From Candidatus Cloacimonadales bacterium (GTDB lineage Bacteria > Cloacimonadota > Cloacimonadia > Cloacimonadales > JAIOQZ01), in contig CAXXTU010000002.1 in the NCBI GenBank assembly GCA_963662655.2, positions 3,296,001-3,360,000 on the forward strand: 64,000 nucleotides of DNA, read 5' to 3'. The position numbers were made by a program, and so were the translations under genes. Positions 31,401 through 41,511 of this stretch are shown one piece after another. Under the pieces are notes generated by a model, which saw only the letters and a program-made list of their open reading frames with translations, had not been told where the DNA came from and did not search any database. Position 1 is the stretch's first letter; every line of letters starts with the position of its first letter.

Positions 31401-31588
31401 TAGGCGTCGGGCTGACCGGTAACGAGAATATCCCATTCCCGATCGTACTGACGGAGGGTTTTGGGGACTTCCGGTTATCCGATGCGCTCACGAGGGTATT
31501 GCGAGAGTCTGAGGGCAAGCATTGCTATCTCAACGGCATGACGCAGATCCGTGCAGGGGTTGTGCGGCCGGTCGTTGTGATCGTATAG
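28475..31588 (+). CDS. Glutamate mutase L (MutL/GlmL)-like ATPase with C-terminal barrel-sandwich-like repeats and N-terminal Zn-ribbon
   Basis: TDIGSTTTKA, TTSSAGGGLQ, VDIGGATTDVFS, RTVSANYGMSYS; CxxC..CxxC at N-terminus; internal AAGGAG RBS + ATG at 28700. Confidence 0.85.
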   Translation: MKRCKSCGKILKENQGRKYCDDCSDESGYRRRYGEIVERMAERMSEELGYSRVFAMNLTGNNMKQMPAWARKGESMKKRMIITDIGSTTTKAILLVRENDGYKMYGPVHAPTTVEKPHEDVMRGVMDSLKMLHEKTGQNLLDDSGSEIDPENMYLTTSSAGGGLQILVVGLTVFDSASSAKRASYGAGGVLLDVFAIDDKRSAIEQMLAMHRLFPDIILFSGGIDGGAVSGLVRLGELLSMAEPKAKFGIEEKVPLVFAGNKKAVNIMEAIFKDGFDLNIVPNLRPTMETENLQPACDKIHQLFMDHVMERAPGYSALKKIVSDDIIPTPTGVMKSMQILSESLNTNVMAVDIGGATTDVFSNILGGFYRTVSANYGMSYSIANVMKDASSEMILKLLPKDIPRRYVTNYVGNKMLFPTTYPGCNVQFAIELVTAAQAIRMSKRQHMEMHFNTEQLGILDRLKKTDFDKFTEIVYFGQKQDERRFHERDIEILIGAGGVIAAAPTALHALLMIVDGLYPEGVTEIWRDRHFTTPHLGKLSDIDEDLAKSILLNDCYEKLATVITPLAKKVKTGKKVMTISITGTDIMPKVVVAAGELRYLDNPSREKRIYRVELDKNIYLQDNERNATIESELPVLIDARFGDVTKSSVSELLPLDVKNLKPVEDHFRHDDPENRISEVVENLTIELPYPGDILVKEGDLVRSDTLVGEILYDPPRIFIVSLFNVAELDLSAQSLGEYIQVKEGDKVEMGQNLIDKGKMSILEELKGAMRTYQSPVRGVVERINHEDGTIIMREIQDYSKHPTKYNIAARLGIKPNRIKGYLKKQKGDYIHAGETIAKRILDTKEGRTPMFVNSSTTGTITDVDLEKGVVTVQYIKEPYRRYANLPGKVIEVKEHHSARIQYRGRQFDGVIGFGGEAGAALHWMKSASDFVSGLVNVWSGKLEISMLHDADKRGIAGLIAPGIDFDDINGYLQSPIGVGLTGNENIPFPIVLTEGFGDFRLSDALTRVLRESEGKHCYLNGMTQIRAGVVRPVVVIV

Positions 31589-31615
31589 AAGAGACTTCCT
31601 CCTGTTATATAACGA

Positions 31616-31647
31616 AGCCCTCGAAGCCGGGAGGCTTCGAGGGCTTA
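31616..31647. terminator. Bidirectional terminator hairpin
   Basis: AAGCCCTCGAAGCC-GGGA-GGCTTCGAGGGCTT between convergent genes. Confidence 0.75.
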
Positions 31648-31691
31648 CAGGTAGACACGGGTTTCAGGGAAAATCTAAGAATCAGTTGAAA

Positions 31692-32858
31692 CTACTTCAA
31701 TAACATAGCCCTTTGAACCCACTGCTCTGAGCCTGAGCGAATGCGGAACAGATAGACACCGCTTGAGGCATTCTTTCCATTATGGTCGATGCCGTTCCAC
31801 CGGCAGGTATGCTTGCCGACGGGCAGCATTTCATTCATGATCGTATCGATTTTTCTGCCGCGCAGATCGAAGACATCGATGGTTGTATGAGCCTGTTTCG
31901 CAAGTTCGAACTGGATCGACGTGTCCGGATTGAATGGATTCGGATAGATCGTTACCTTAGTTGGGGCAGCGATTTGAATATCCTCGTCTGCTGCGAGGGC
32001 TACATCGATAACCCAGATATCGTTTGTTCCACTGCGATTCGAATTGAACGCGATTTTATCGCCAGCTTGATTCCAGCATGAATTGCAGTCGTTCGCGTTA
32101 TCTTCAATCAGCGGCATGAAAATGGGGTTTTGAGGATCCTGCAAATCTGCAACCCAGATATCGCCATTCCCGTTGCGCTCCGTGTAGAAGGAGAGCCAGC
32201 GCGAATCGGGCGACCAGCATTCGGGTTTGTCCATACCGGAAGCTTCTGTGAGGCGGGTGGTCTGCATGGTATTGAGGTTCATCAGCATGATCTCGGGATC
32301 GCCGTAGCGATCGCTCGTGAAGGCCAGCCAGTTGCCATCTCTTGATGCGACGGGCGCGCGATCTTCGGCGGGGTTATCGGTTATTTGAATCGCGTCGCAA
32401 ACCGAGACGCTCTTGCGCTTGATTTCCCAGTTATTGTTGTCCATCAAGACTTCGAAGAAGATGGCGGATCCATCGTAGCTCCAGCAGAAAGCGCCTTCTT
32501 CCATTTCGCCATCGCAGAGGGTTTGTGCCTCGTCGCCTTCGATGGGCTGAAACCATATTTTCGGTTGTCCGCTGCGTCCGGAATTGAACGCGATATGTTG
32601 TCCGTCTGGAGAGAATGCCGGATACATGTCATAGCTTTCACTATTGATATAGATATCCTGAAAGTTGCCATCGCAACCGATCAGGAAGATGTGATTTGAA
32701 GCGTAAAGATCAGATGTAAAAGCCAGGCACTCGCCATTGGGTGCCCAGGCTGGATCCCAGTCGTCCGTTGGGTAATCGAAGATTCTTGTTTCAACAGCCA
32801 TTAATACACTTGAAAGGCATACAATAAGTATGAGTGCGAATGAATTTGCCTTACGCAT
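31692..32858 (-). CDS. TolB-like PD40 beta-propeller protein with C-terminal secretion domain
   Basis: PAWAPNG, PAFSPDG, WSPD repeats; IYPNPFNP...AMLLK. Confidence 0.9.
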   Translation of the reverse strand: MRKANSFALILIVCLSSVLMAVETRIFDYPTDDWDPAWAPNGECLAFTSDLYASNHIFLIGCDGNFQDIYINSESYDMYPAFSPDGQHIAFNSGRSGQPKIWFQPIEGDEAQTLCDGEMEEGAFCWSYDGSAIFFEVLMDNNNWEIKRKSVSVCDAIQITDNPAEDRAPVASRDGNWLAFTSDRYGDPEIMLMNLNTMQTTRLTEASGMDKPECWSPDSRWLSFYTERNGNGDIWVADLQDPQNPIFMPLIEDNANDCNSCWNQAGDKIAFNSNRSGTNDIWVIDVALAADEDIQIAAPTKVTIYPNPFNPDTSIQFELAKQAHTTIDVFDLRGRKIDTIMNEMLPVGKHTCRWNGIDHNGKNASSGVYLFRIRSGSEQWVQRAMLLK

Positions 32859-33160
32859 AATTCCTCCTTGTTTTTCAAACTCATTATGCCTCAGAGCTGC
32901 CTATACCGTTCGTATTTTGTAATATGCAACATGGATGCCAAATGTCGTTCAGTGGGAGAACACGCTGAAAACAGGTCGTGTCAGGCTCAATTCAGGTGAC
33001 TATATTTTGTTGTAAGGCAAAGGAATGTGTCGTAATCGGACGATGCTGCACGAATAACATGAAGGTTTATTCGATATAGGGTTTCTGATTGAATATCATT
33101 CTGGAAATCATCAGTATGATATACCGGTATATAATAATGTGTTTTTCAGGTGATTGCTTA

Positions 33161-33298
33161 CCGGCGGGGCATCTTCGCCCGATTCCCCCTAACCCCGTGG
33201 ATATACCACGGTTCCGTAAAGGTAGTAATAGAAGAAATCCTCCACCGTGAAACACCACGGGGTTAGGGGGAATCGAACGAATCTGCTCCCGCCTCGAG
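33161..33298 (-). repeat. Structured ~140-nt dispersed repeat, copy A
   Basis: Long imperfect palindrome directly after the dinB stop; homologous to 45167-45299. Confidence 0.85.
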
Positions 33299-34570
33299 CT
33301 AATCATCATCGGTTTTTTTCTTCGATTCCATTTCTTCGGCGATGTAGTTTTTCATACCGAAGCTGAGGGCGGGTTTATCGATAGGCCTGTACTGGTATGT
33401 ATCTGAACGGGAGTCCCCGATGCGTATGGAGGCATCTCCGTAGCGTTTTTTAATGATGTCGACGGCCTTTGCCATCCGTACCTTTTTTTCGTCGAAATCG
33501 GGGAAAATCCTTAGCTGAAGGGGTTCCTCGTCGAAGGAGAGGTTGGTAACGCCCACTCCGACCAGGCGCAATCGAGCGGGTTCGAAGTGAACGTTATCGA
33601 ACAGGCTGACGATCTCGGTATAAAGGTCGGTCTCGAAGAAGATTTTATGGTCGAGCGTGCGGTGGTATTGATGTGTCTCGAAACCGTGCGTTCGCAAAGT
33701 AAGCCGGACAGTTCTTGCCACGGCTCCATGCTTTCTCATCCGGAAGGCGACTTTATGAACGAGCGAAAGGAGAACCTTTTTCAGGAAGACGCGATTGTTG
33801 GTGGCTTCGTAGAGTGTCGTTTCATTGCTTATCGACTTCGGTTTCTCCGATTCTCGAACCGAAACGACTTCCGAGAAGTCCTGTCCAATGGCGAGATTGT
33901 GGAGGTGCGTTCCCATAACGCCGAATTTTCTGCGCAAGACGTCTACCGGGTATTTTGCCAGTTCGCCTGCCGTGTAGATTCCAAGGAAGTTAAGCTTCTC
34001 CGTTGTTTTGGGCCCCACGCCGAAAAGCTGCTGAACGGGGAGGTTTTCGAGCAGATCCGAAACATCCTCGGGATGGATGACGTAGATGCCGTCCGGTTTT
34101 GCGAGTCGACTGGCCAGCTTGGCGAGCGTTTTGTTGGGGGCAATCCCTACGGAGCTAGGAAGGCGAAGCTCTTCGCGGATCGATGAGCGAATGCCCTCGC
34201 CAATTGCCTCCAGCGAGCCGAACAGCCGGATGCATCCGGAGACATCCAGGAACATCTCGTCGACCGAGAAAGGTTCCACCACGGGGGAGAAGCGATTGCA
34301 TATCTCCACGATTTTCATAGAGGCATAGACGTACTTGCCGTGACTGCCGGAGATGTATATGCCGTTCGGGCAGAGCCTCCGCGCATCGAGAACCGACATC
34401 CCGGAGTGGCATCCGTACTTGCGAGCCTCGTAAGAACAGGTGGTAACGACTCCCTTCTGGGTGTGCGATCCCGCAATGAGCACCGGCTTGCCTGCCAGCT
34501 GCGGATTGTCCCTGATCTCAATGGAGGCGAAAAAGGCGTCCATATCGATCAATGCTATGTAGCGTTGCAT
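33299..34570 (-). CDS. dinB: DNA polymerase IV
   Basis: IDMDAFFAS, SYEARKYG, SVDEMFLD, APNKTLAKLAS...KPDG. Confidence 0.95.
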   Translation of the reverse strand: MQRYIALIDMDAFFASIEIRDNPQLAGKPVLIAGSHTQKGVVTTCSYEARKYGCHSGMSVLDARRLCPNGIYISGSHGKYVYASMKIVEICNRFSPVVEPFSVDEMFLDVSGCIRLFGSLEAIGEGIRSSIREELRLPSSVGIAPNKTLAKLASRLAKPDGIYVIHPEDVSDLLENLPVQQLFGVGPKTTEKLNFLGIYTAGELAKYPVDVLRRKFGVMGTHLHNLAIGQDFSEVVSVRESEKPKSISNETTLYEATNNRVFLKKVLLSLVHKVAFRMRKHGAVARTVRLTLRTHGFETHQYHRTLDHKIFFETDLYTEIVSLFDNVHFEPARLRLVGVGVTNLSFDEEPLQLRIFPDFDEKKVRMAKAVDIIKKRYGDASIRIGDSRSDTYQYRPIDKPALSFGMKNYIAEEMESKKKTDDD

Positions 34571-35009
34571 GGTTCGTATCTCTGTTATAAATCCCCGTTA
34601 CGATCAAATGGTAAATGTATCGTCCTTCAATAATAATAATCTGTGAGCTAAAACGCTGTCAATGGTTTTTTCGTGTGAAATTACGAGTTGCCGTTTTCAC
34701 GCCTACCGTGTGAAATCTCACGGATTTGAAAAAATATTTCACTAACAAATCCAGCCAAAATCGGTGAAATCCAATGGGGGCCCGATCGTTTAACTTGTCG
34801 ATCACGAATGGGTTATCGCTTATATGCGAATGTAACTGTAATTATATTCACATGTTAGGATGCGATGAGGAATGGAATTCATAAAAAATGTGATTGACAG
34901 ATCATGCATATAACAAAAGGGTGTTCGAAAATAGAATAGTAGAAATTACTATATGCGAAAATTCTATGAGATTCATTCGCTTTTAATAAAAAGGTGTGGA
35001 GGAATCGGT

Positions 35010-35573
35010 ATGTCGAGAGTCCATCTGGTCGTTCTGGGAATGCTCAAAGAGAAACCCATGTACGGATACGAATTCAAGTACTTCATCGAGGAGCGCAGCC
35101 TTGAGCATTGGGCGCGAATCAATCTTCCGGCGGTATACAAGGCGTTGCAAGCGCTGGAAGAGAAGGGGTACGTCTCCGGCAAGAAGGAGATCGAGGGCAA
35201 CAACCCGCCGCGAACGGTTTATCACATAACCGAGTCTGGCAGCAGGTACATGAGCAGGATGGTGATCAAGAACTTGAAGCACCCGAAGAACAAGCCTGAT
35301 TTTTGGGTGGCAATTGCTTTTATGCTCGGTACGATTGAATATGAGACGGCGAGAGCGCTGATCCAGCGTCAGCTTGGTATTGAAGAAAACATTCACAGGA
35401 AAATCTTGTTTGATTCGATGAAGAAACAAAGTGGAATTCCGTTTAACGGAAAGATATTGATGGAGCTTGGCCTTGGCTTTCACGAGACGGAGAAACGTTG
35501 TTTGTCGAGGCTCCTCGAGGAGATGGCCAAACCGGAAAATAGACAATTATTTATCAGTGAGGGAACAAAATGA
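35010..35573 (+). CDS. PadR family transcriptional regulator
   Basis: LGMLKEKPMYGYE...VYKALQALEEKG...RTVYHITESG. Confidence 0.9.
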   Translation: MSRVHLVVLGMLKEKPMYGYEFKYFIEERSLEHWARINLPAVYKALQALEEKGYVSGKKEIEGNNPPRTVYHITESGSRYMSRMVIKNLKHPKNKPDFWVAIAFMLGTIEYETARALIQRQLGIEENIHRKILFDSMKKQSGIPFNGKILMELGLGFHETEKRCLSRLLEEMAKPENRQLFISEGTK

Positions 35574-36916
35574 AAAGGTTAATCATTATACTTCTTATGG
35601 GGCTTGCATCGATGTTCATGTATGCCCTTACATTGGAAGAAGCCAGAGAACTGGCGATGGAACACAACCCGGAGTTGAAGGCTGAGTACCACTCGATGCA
35701 GGCGTCGAAGTGGAATTACCGCAGCTCTCTGATGTCGCTGTTTCCCAGCGCGACACTCAACGGAAACTACGGTAAACTCGACAAAAAAAAGAAGTCACAG
35801 GTCGGTACCGACAGCATGGATAATCCGCTCTATTTCGAGTACGACGAGACCAAGAACTACGGCGTCACGGTTATACAGCCCATCTTCAACGGTGGGAAAA
35901 TATGGCTCGGAGCGCGGATCAGCGGCGATGCAGCCAGGATCAGCGAAAGCGCTTATGCGAGTAAACGCTTGAATGTCCTGAGCGAAACCGAATCGAAGTA
36001 CTACACGGTGCTGGAAAACCAGGAGCTTGTGCAGATCGCCAGAAAGAGCCTTGAATCGGCCCAGCAGAATCTCGATCGCGCGCAAGTACGGTACGAAACC
36101 GGCACGCTCTCACGTGCGGACATTCTGAATATGCAATCGGAGCTTGCGTCCAAGGATCTGCAGTTGATCCAGATGGAGAACGTGCTCTCGCTCAGCCGGT
36201 TCGATCTGGCGAACTACCTTCAGATCGAAAAGGTGGATGATCTGCAGCCCATCGGCAGCGAAGAATACGAGCCGGAGATCGAGCAAGTGCGCCAGATTCT
36301 CAACGGCGGCTGGGAAGCGATGATCGAGAAGATCATCGAGCTGGGCATGGAAAACAACTTCAGCGTCAAAATGGCGCAACGCCAGGTCAACATGAACAGC
36401 AAATCGCTCCTGATGGCGGAAGGCAATTTTCTGCCGTCGGTCAATCTGCAATACTCCCGAAGCTGGAGCGCAGTTGAGGACGAAGATTTCGAAAGGGACG
36501 GCCAACTGATGCTCACAGCTTCCATGCCGATCTTCCCGCTGGTGGACAACGCCTCGGACGTGATCAAGGCCAAGCACGACAAGCGGAACGCGGAGTATAG
36601 CTTCCGCTCGACGGAGGACGGAATCCGCACGGCGCTACGAAGCGCGGTTTATAACCTGATTACCGCGGCGAAGTCGGTGCGTGCGTCCAAGCTCGCGCTG
36701 GACTACGCCGAAGAGACTTACGAGCAGATGCAGGAACGATTCAACAACGAGCTGATCACGACCTCCGATCTTCTGGACTCGGAAGTGATGCTCACGTCCG
36801 CTCGCTCGAACTACGCATCGAGTTTCTACGACTACCTGCGCTATCGTTCCACCCTGCTGGAGCTCATGGGCACGGAGGACGACGCGGCGCTCACAGAAGT
36901 TATCAAAGGTGAATAA
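35570..36916 (+). CDS. TolC family outer membrane efflux protein
   Basis: LTLEEARELAMEHNP, QPIFNGG, two OEP repeats. Confidence 0.92.
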   Translation: MKRLIIILLMGLASMFMYALTLEEARELAMEHNPELKAEYHSMQASKWNYRSSLMSLFPSATLNGNYGKLDKKKKSQVGTDSMDNPLYFEYDETKNYGVTVIQPIFNGGKIWLGARISGDAARISESAYASKRLNVLSETESKYYTVLENQELVQIARKSLESAQQNLDRAQVRYETGTLSRADILNMQSELASKDLQLIQMENVLSLSRFDLANYLQIEKVDDLQPIGSEEYEPEIEQVRQILNGGWEAMIEKIIELGMENNFSVKMAQRQVNMNSKSLLMAEGNFLPSVNLQYSRSWSAVEDEDFERDGQLMLTASMPIFPLVDNASDVIKAKHDKRNAEYSFRSTEDGIRTALRSAVYNLITAAKSVRASKLALDYAEETYEQMQERFNNELITTSDLLDSEVMLTSARSNYASSFYDYLRYRSTLLELMGTEDDAALTEVIKGE

Positions 36917-38031
36917 TGGAGGAAAAAGTGAATAAGGTAAAATATATCATCATCGCCATCATCGCAATCGCCCTGCTGGCAGGTTGCGTGAAGAAAGGCG
37001 GAGAAGCGGCTCCCCAGCAGAAAGAGGAAGCCGAACTGAAGGTGCCGGTTCTGATTGAAACAGTGCAACCCCGCAATCTGGATCGCTTCGTACGGGTTTC
37101 CGGAAAGCTGGAAGGTATCCAAGACATCAGCATGATCAGCGAGACAGCCGGCAAGGTTGTGGAGATCGAGAAGAAGCTGGGCGATTGGGTCGAAAAAGGG
37201 GAACCGATTGGTCGCGTGGATAACACGGATTACCGGATCATGCTGGATCAGGCAAACGCAAACCTGCTCTCGGCGCAAGCTCAGTACGAGGCTGCGGAAG
37301 CATCCTTCCAGGCCACAGAGAACCTATACAACAGTGAGAAGGTTTCTCGCGTGGAATACGTGAGTTCGAAAGCGAGCCTCAAGGGCGCGCTGGCGCAACT
37401 GGAAGGTGCACGGGCGGGTGTTGAAAGCGCTCAGAAGGCGTACGACAACTCACGCTTCCTCGCTCCGATATCAGGCTACATAACTTATCTTCCCATCGAG
37501 ATAGGGCAGTTTGTCTCGGGAGGGCAGGCTGTGTGCAACATCGTGAACTCGAAACGGCTCATCGTGAAGACGGGCGTGAACGAGAGCGATATCATCTACA
37601 TGAAACGGGGCCAGAAGGCGAATATCCGTCACCTCGAAAACGGAGCACAATACGAAGGCCGGATCACGGGCGTGGGCATCAGCCCGGTCGAGGGATCGGC
37701 GACCTATCCTGTGGAGATCGAGGTCGACAATCAGGATGGGAAGCTATACCCGGGGATGGTCATCGAAGCGAATATCCTCAGCAAGACCTACGAGAACGTC
37801 TTCTACACAGCGCTGAACAACGTGAAGGTCAATTACGACGTGGAATACGTGTTCGTCGTGGGAAGCGATAGCCGTGCCTTACAGCGCAAGGTGAAACTCG
37901 GGCGGAAGGTCGAGGAAAACGTGCTGATCGTCGAAGGCCTGAACGAAGGCGATCGTCTGGTAACCGAAGGCGTGGATAATCTTGAAGACGGGACACTCAT
38001 TGAAATCCGGCAAGCAGTTTCCGGAAGTTAA
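36916..38031 (+). CDS. RND efflux periplasmic adaptor (MFP) lipoprotein
   Basis: LLAGC lipobox; barrel-sandwich/helical hairpin; LYPGM. Confidence 0.92.
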   Translation: MEEKVNKVKYIIIAIIAIALLAGCVKKGGEAAPQQKEEAELKVPVLIETVQPRNLDRFVRVSGKLEGIQDISMISETAGKVVEIEKKLGDWVEKGEPIGRVDNTDYRIMLDQANANLLSAQAQYEAAEASFQATENLYNSEKVSRVEYVSSKASLKGALAQLEGARAGVESAQKAYDNSRFLAPISGYITYLPIEIGQFVSGGQAVCNIVNSKRLIVKTGVNESDIIYMKRGQKANIRHLENGAQYEGRITGVGISPVEGSATYPVEIEVDNQDGKLYPGMVIEANILSKTYENVFYTALNNVKVNYDVEYVFVVGSDSRALQRKVKLGRKVEENVLIVEGLNEGDRLVTEGVDNLEDGTLIEIRQAVSGS

Positions 38032-38049
38032 TGCATCGAAGGAGTGAGA

Positions 38050-41000
38050 ATGTCTATTGTAAAATTTTCAGTAGGTAATCCGGTACTGGTGAACATGATC
38101 ATGATCATCGTGTTCATCGTGGGTATCGGGACCATGCAGCAAATCCCCAAGGAAGAGATGCCGGCGGTCGATTTTGGTTCGTTTATCATTATCGTGACCT
38201 ATCCTGGCGTTTCGCCTTCGGAGATCGAGCAGCTCGTGGTCAATGAGATAGAAGAAGAAATATCGGATGTGGACGATATCGATTTCATGACATCCACGGC
38301 ATCGGAAGGTCGGGCGGTTATCTTTGTGAACTTCCTGCCGGATGCCGATATCGACAAAGCCTGGGATGATCTGAACACTGAGCTCGACAAGGTGAACGAC
38401 CTGCCCGAGGACGCGCAGGATCCCATGGTTATCAAGCTGAACATGCGCGAAGTGAATCCGATCTGTTCGATCGTGCTGGGCGGTGATTTTACGGGCAACG
38501 GTATTCGCGAGATCGCTGAGGACCTCCGGGATGAAATCCTGGATATGGATAACATCTCCAAGGCGGATATCTATGGAACGCGTCAACGGCAGATATGGGT
38601 TGAGGGAAACCTGCCCAAGCTGGATCAGTACGGTATTACGCTGGATGATCTGACCACCGCGATTCAGATGCGGAACATGAACGTCCCGGGCGGAACAATC
38701 GAGTTCGGCAAGGCCGAATTCATTGTGCGTACAAAGGGCGAATTCGAGACCACGGAAGAGATTGCAGACCTCTTGATCTCGATGGACAGCAACGGTAGAG
38801 CCGTGCATTTGCGGGATGTTGCAGCGGTGATCGATACGCTCGAGGAGCGAACAATTATCTCCAAGCTGGATATGAAGCAGGCTGTCACGCTGTACGTATA
38901 CAAGAAGGCGGAAGGCAACATCATTGCCGTCAACGAGAAGATTCAGGAGAAGATCGACGACTTCAAGAGTACGGTGCCGGGTTTGCAGGCGACAATGCGT
39001 AACGATGGATCGATCGAGGTAAAAAACTCGCTTTCGACCCTGGGAAACAACGCGCTGTTCGGCGTGGCCCTCGTGTTTGTGCTCCTGTTCATTTTCATTG
39101 GAGTTCGCAACGCGCTATATGCCAGTATCGGTATTCCGTTCAGCTTCCTGCTCACGTTCATCATGATGCGCTATCTGGACATGACGATGAACTCGCTTTC
39201 GTTGTTCGGGCTTGTCCTGGTACTGGGTATGATCGTGGACGACGCGATCATCGTTCTGGAAAACGTGTATCGCCATATCGAGATGGGCTATTCGGCGAAG
39301 GAAGCGGCCGTTATCGGTACCCAGCAGATCATGTGGCCGGTTATTGCCGCCGTCAGCACGACTGCGGCAGCCTTCATGCCGATGGTGATGATGGAAGGCA
39401 TGATGGGTAAGTTCATGCGGGTGTTTCCTATCGTGGTATCGCTCGCGCTGCTCGCGTCGCTTTTTGAGAGCCTGGTTATTCTGCCATCGCATATAGCGGA
39501 GTGGGACGGACTTTTCCGCAGGAAGAAGAAGGGCGAGCATCCGCAACCTGAGGGACAGCCGAAGAAGAAGAACAAGGTTATGACTTTTCTTCTCAGACGG
39601 TACACAAAGGTGCTGAAGGCCGCGCTTTGTCACCGTTGGATAACGCTGGGCATCGTGCTGCTTTCCATTGTTCTTACGGCTGTCATGATGATGAATATCC
39701 AGTTCGAGTTCTTCCCGAAAACCCAGTCGAAGACGATCGTTCTTCAGGTTAAAACACCGGTGGGCACCAATCTGGATACCACGAACGGCGTTGTTACCAG
39801 GATCGAGTCGTTCATTCTGGAAATGGAGGAAAGCGCTGACGTGGAGGCGATCGTTACGACAGTCGGAATGATGGAGGACAATCACCGGATGGAAACGATG
39901 ACCTCCAATGCCGAGTTGAGAATCGATCTGGTCGAATTGAACGACATGAAATACACGCACGAGCAGATCAAGGCCACGATCCGCGATTACCTTGAAGAAT
40001 TGCCCGGTGTGTACAGCTACAACTTCACGGAGCCGACCGATGGCCCCCCAACGGGCTCCGATATCGAAATCAGGGTCAGGGGCGATAATCTGGATCGCCT
40101 GGAATACCTTGCGCAGATTGTTCAGAACGAGCTCCAGAAGATACCAGGCGTTGCCGATATCAGGGATTCGTTCCAACCGGGTAAGGACGAGATCGTAATC
40201 AAGCCGTACCACGACAAGTTAGCCATGTACGATCTCAGCGTCGTGCAGGTCGCAAGTATGATCCGCACCGCCGTCTACGGGAGCGAAGTGTCCGAGTACC
40301 GCGGTTCCGGCAACGATGAATTCGATATTGTCGTTCGGGCGAAAGACAGCCAGATCGACAAGCTCGACGACCTGGAGAATCTGAAGATCAGGACTCGTAC
40401 GGGTAGCCTGGTAGCGCTCAAGGACCTTGCTAGACTCGACAACGAGGAAGGTCTGGCGGAAATCTCTCACCGCGACCAAAAGCGCATTGTGACGATCACT
40501 GCCGAGAATAGCAATTATGAGCTGGATGGGCAGATGAAGAAGCGGACGACCTCGGAAGTGATGGCTACTCTGTTCGGCAACAAGCTTCGTGGAACTAGGG
40601 GAACCCTGAGCAATTTCGAGAGCCGTTTCCCTGGTTACCAGATCGAGTCGGGCGGCGTCGCGGAAGAGCAGGCGAAATCGTATGCATCCCTGGGAAGGGC
40701 GTTCTTTGTAGCTCTCCTGTTGATCTTCACGATTCTTGCTGCCCAGTTCCGTTCGTACGTGCAGCCGCTGATCGTTATGCTGACGATTCCATTCAGCTTT
40801 GTCGGCGTGGTGTTCGGCTTGTTCGTGACCGGCTTGCCTTTCTCGCTCGGTACGCTGGTGGCGGTTGTAGCGCTCGCCGGCGTGGTTGTTAACGACTCGC
40901 TGGTGCTGGTCGATTTCGTCAACCATGAGCGCGAGCGCGGCATCAATCGCTGGCAATCATTGATCAACGCTGGGCGGACCCGCCTGAGGCCGATTATCCT

Positions 41001-41262
41001 CACGACGATTACGACGATTTTCGGCGTCTTGCCGATGGTGCTTTCGACCTCGCAGGCAGCGCAGGAGTGGAAACCGATTGCCGTCAGTATGATGTTCGGG
41101 CTCGGTTTTGCGACCATGCTGACGCTGCTGGTGATTCCTGTGTTCTACTCGTTCGTCGATTCGATCTTCGGCAGGATCGGCGTGACGAGATTCAAAACAC
41201 ACATCAGCTTCAAGCAGGCAATGGAAGAGGCCATGGAAAAAGGCTGGGACGAAGAAGACTGA
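38050..41262 (+). CDS. RND efflux permease (AcrB/AcrD/AcrF family)
   Basis: GMIVDDAIIVLEN, GVVVNDSLVLVD, RLRPIILTTITT. Confidence 0.95.
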   Translation: MSIVKFSVGNPVLVNMIMIIVFIVGIGTMQQIPKEEMPAVDFGSFIIIVTYPGVSPSEIEQLVVNEIEEEISDVDDIDFMTSTASEGRAVIFVNFLPDADIDKAWDDLNTELDKVNDLPEDAQDPMVIKLNMREVNPICSIVLGGDFTGNGIREIAEDLRDEILDMDNISKADIYGTRQRQIWVEGNLPKLDQYGITLDDLTTAIQMRNMNVPGGTIEFGKAEFIVRTKGEFETTEEIADLLISMDSNGRAVHLRDVAAVIDTLEERTIISKLDMKQAVTLYVYKKAEGNIIAVNEKIQEKIDDFKSTVPGLQATMRNDGSIEVKNSLSTLGNNALFGVALVFVLLFIFIGVRNALYASIGIPFSFLLTFIMMRYLDMTMNSLSLFGLVLVLGMIVDDAIIVLENVYRHIEMGYSAKEAAVIGTQQIMWPVIAAVSTTAAAFMPMVMMEGMMGKFMRVFPIVVSLALLASLFESLVILPSHIAEWDGLFRRKKKGEHPQPEGQPKKKNKVMTFLLRRYTKVLKAALCHRWITLGIVLLSIVLTAVMMMNIQFEFFPKTQSKTIVLQVKTPVGTNLDTTNGVVTRIESFILEMEESADVEAIVTTVGMMEDNHRMETMTSNAELRIDLVELNDMKYTHEQIKATIRDYLEELPGVYSYNFTEPTDGPPTGSDIEIRVRGDNLDRLEYLAQIVQNELQKIPGVADIRDSFQPGKDEIVIKPYHDKLAMYDLSVVQVASMIRTAVYGSEVSEYRGSGNDEFDIVVRAKDSQIDKLDDLENLKIRTRTGSLVALKDLARLDNEEGLAEISHRDQKRIVTITAENSNYELDGQMKKRTTSEVMATLFGNKLRGTRGTLSNFESRFPGYQIESGGVAEEQAKSYASLGRAFFVALLLIFTILAAQFRSYVQPLIVMLTIPFSFVGVVFGLFVTGLPFSLGTLVAVVALAGVVVNDSLVLVDFVNHERERGINRWQSLINAGRTRLRPIILTTITTIFGVLPMVLSTSQAAQEWKPIAVSMMFGLGFATMLTLLVIPVFYSFVDSIFGRIGVTRFKTHISFKQAMEEAMEKGWDEED

Positions 41263-41279
41263 TCCGGTCATACATATTG

Positions 41280-41306
41280 AAGGGGAGCAAGCGCTCCCCT
41301 TTTTTT
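41280..41306 (+). terminator. Intrinsic terminator
   Basis: AAGGGGAGC-AAGC-GCTCCCC-T7. Confidence 0.85.
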
Positions 41307-41341
41307 ATAGCATGGGAGATGATGATTCGGTGCACGACTCA

Positions 41342-41511
41342 GCGCGGCGGGGCGGCGCGTGTGCGGAGCACACAAAACTGAATCGAAGCGCTGCCGGCGG
41401 CTTCGATTCAGTTTAAGAAAGCCCTGAATCCCGACGCGTTCTCCGGAATGAGTTTACAATGGGTTGCAGAACGCGTCATGGGATTGGGCTTTCTGCGCCG
41501 CCCCGCCGCGC
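41342..41511. other. Multi-stem structured intergenic element (ncRNA or MITE-like)
   Basis: Perfect 17-bp terminal IR enclosing further hairpins. Confidence 0.65.
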
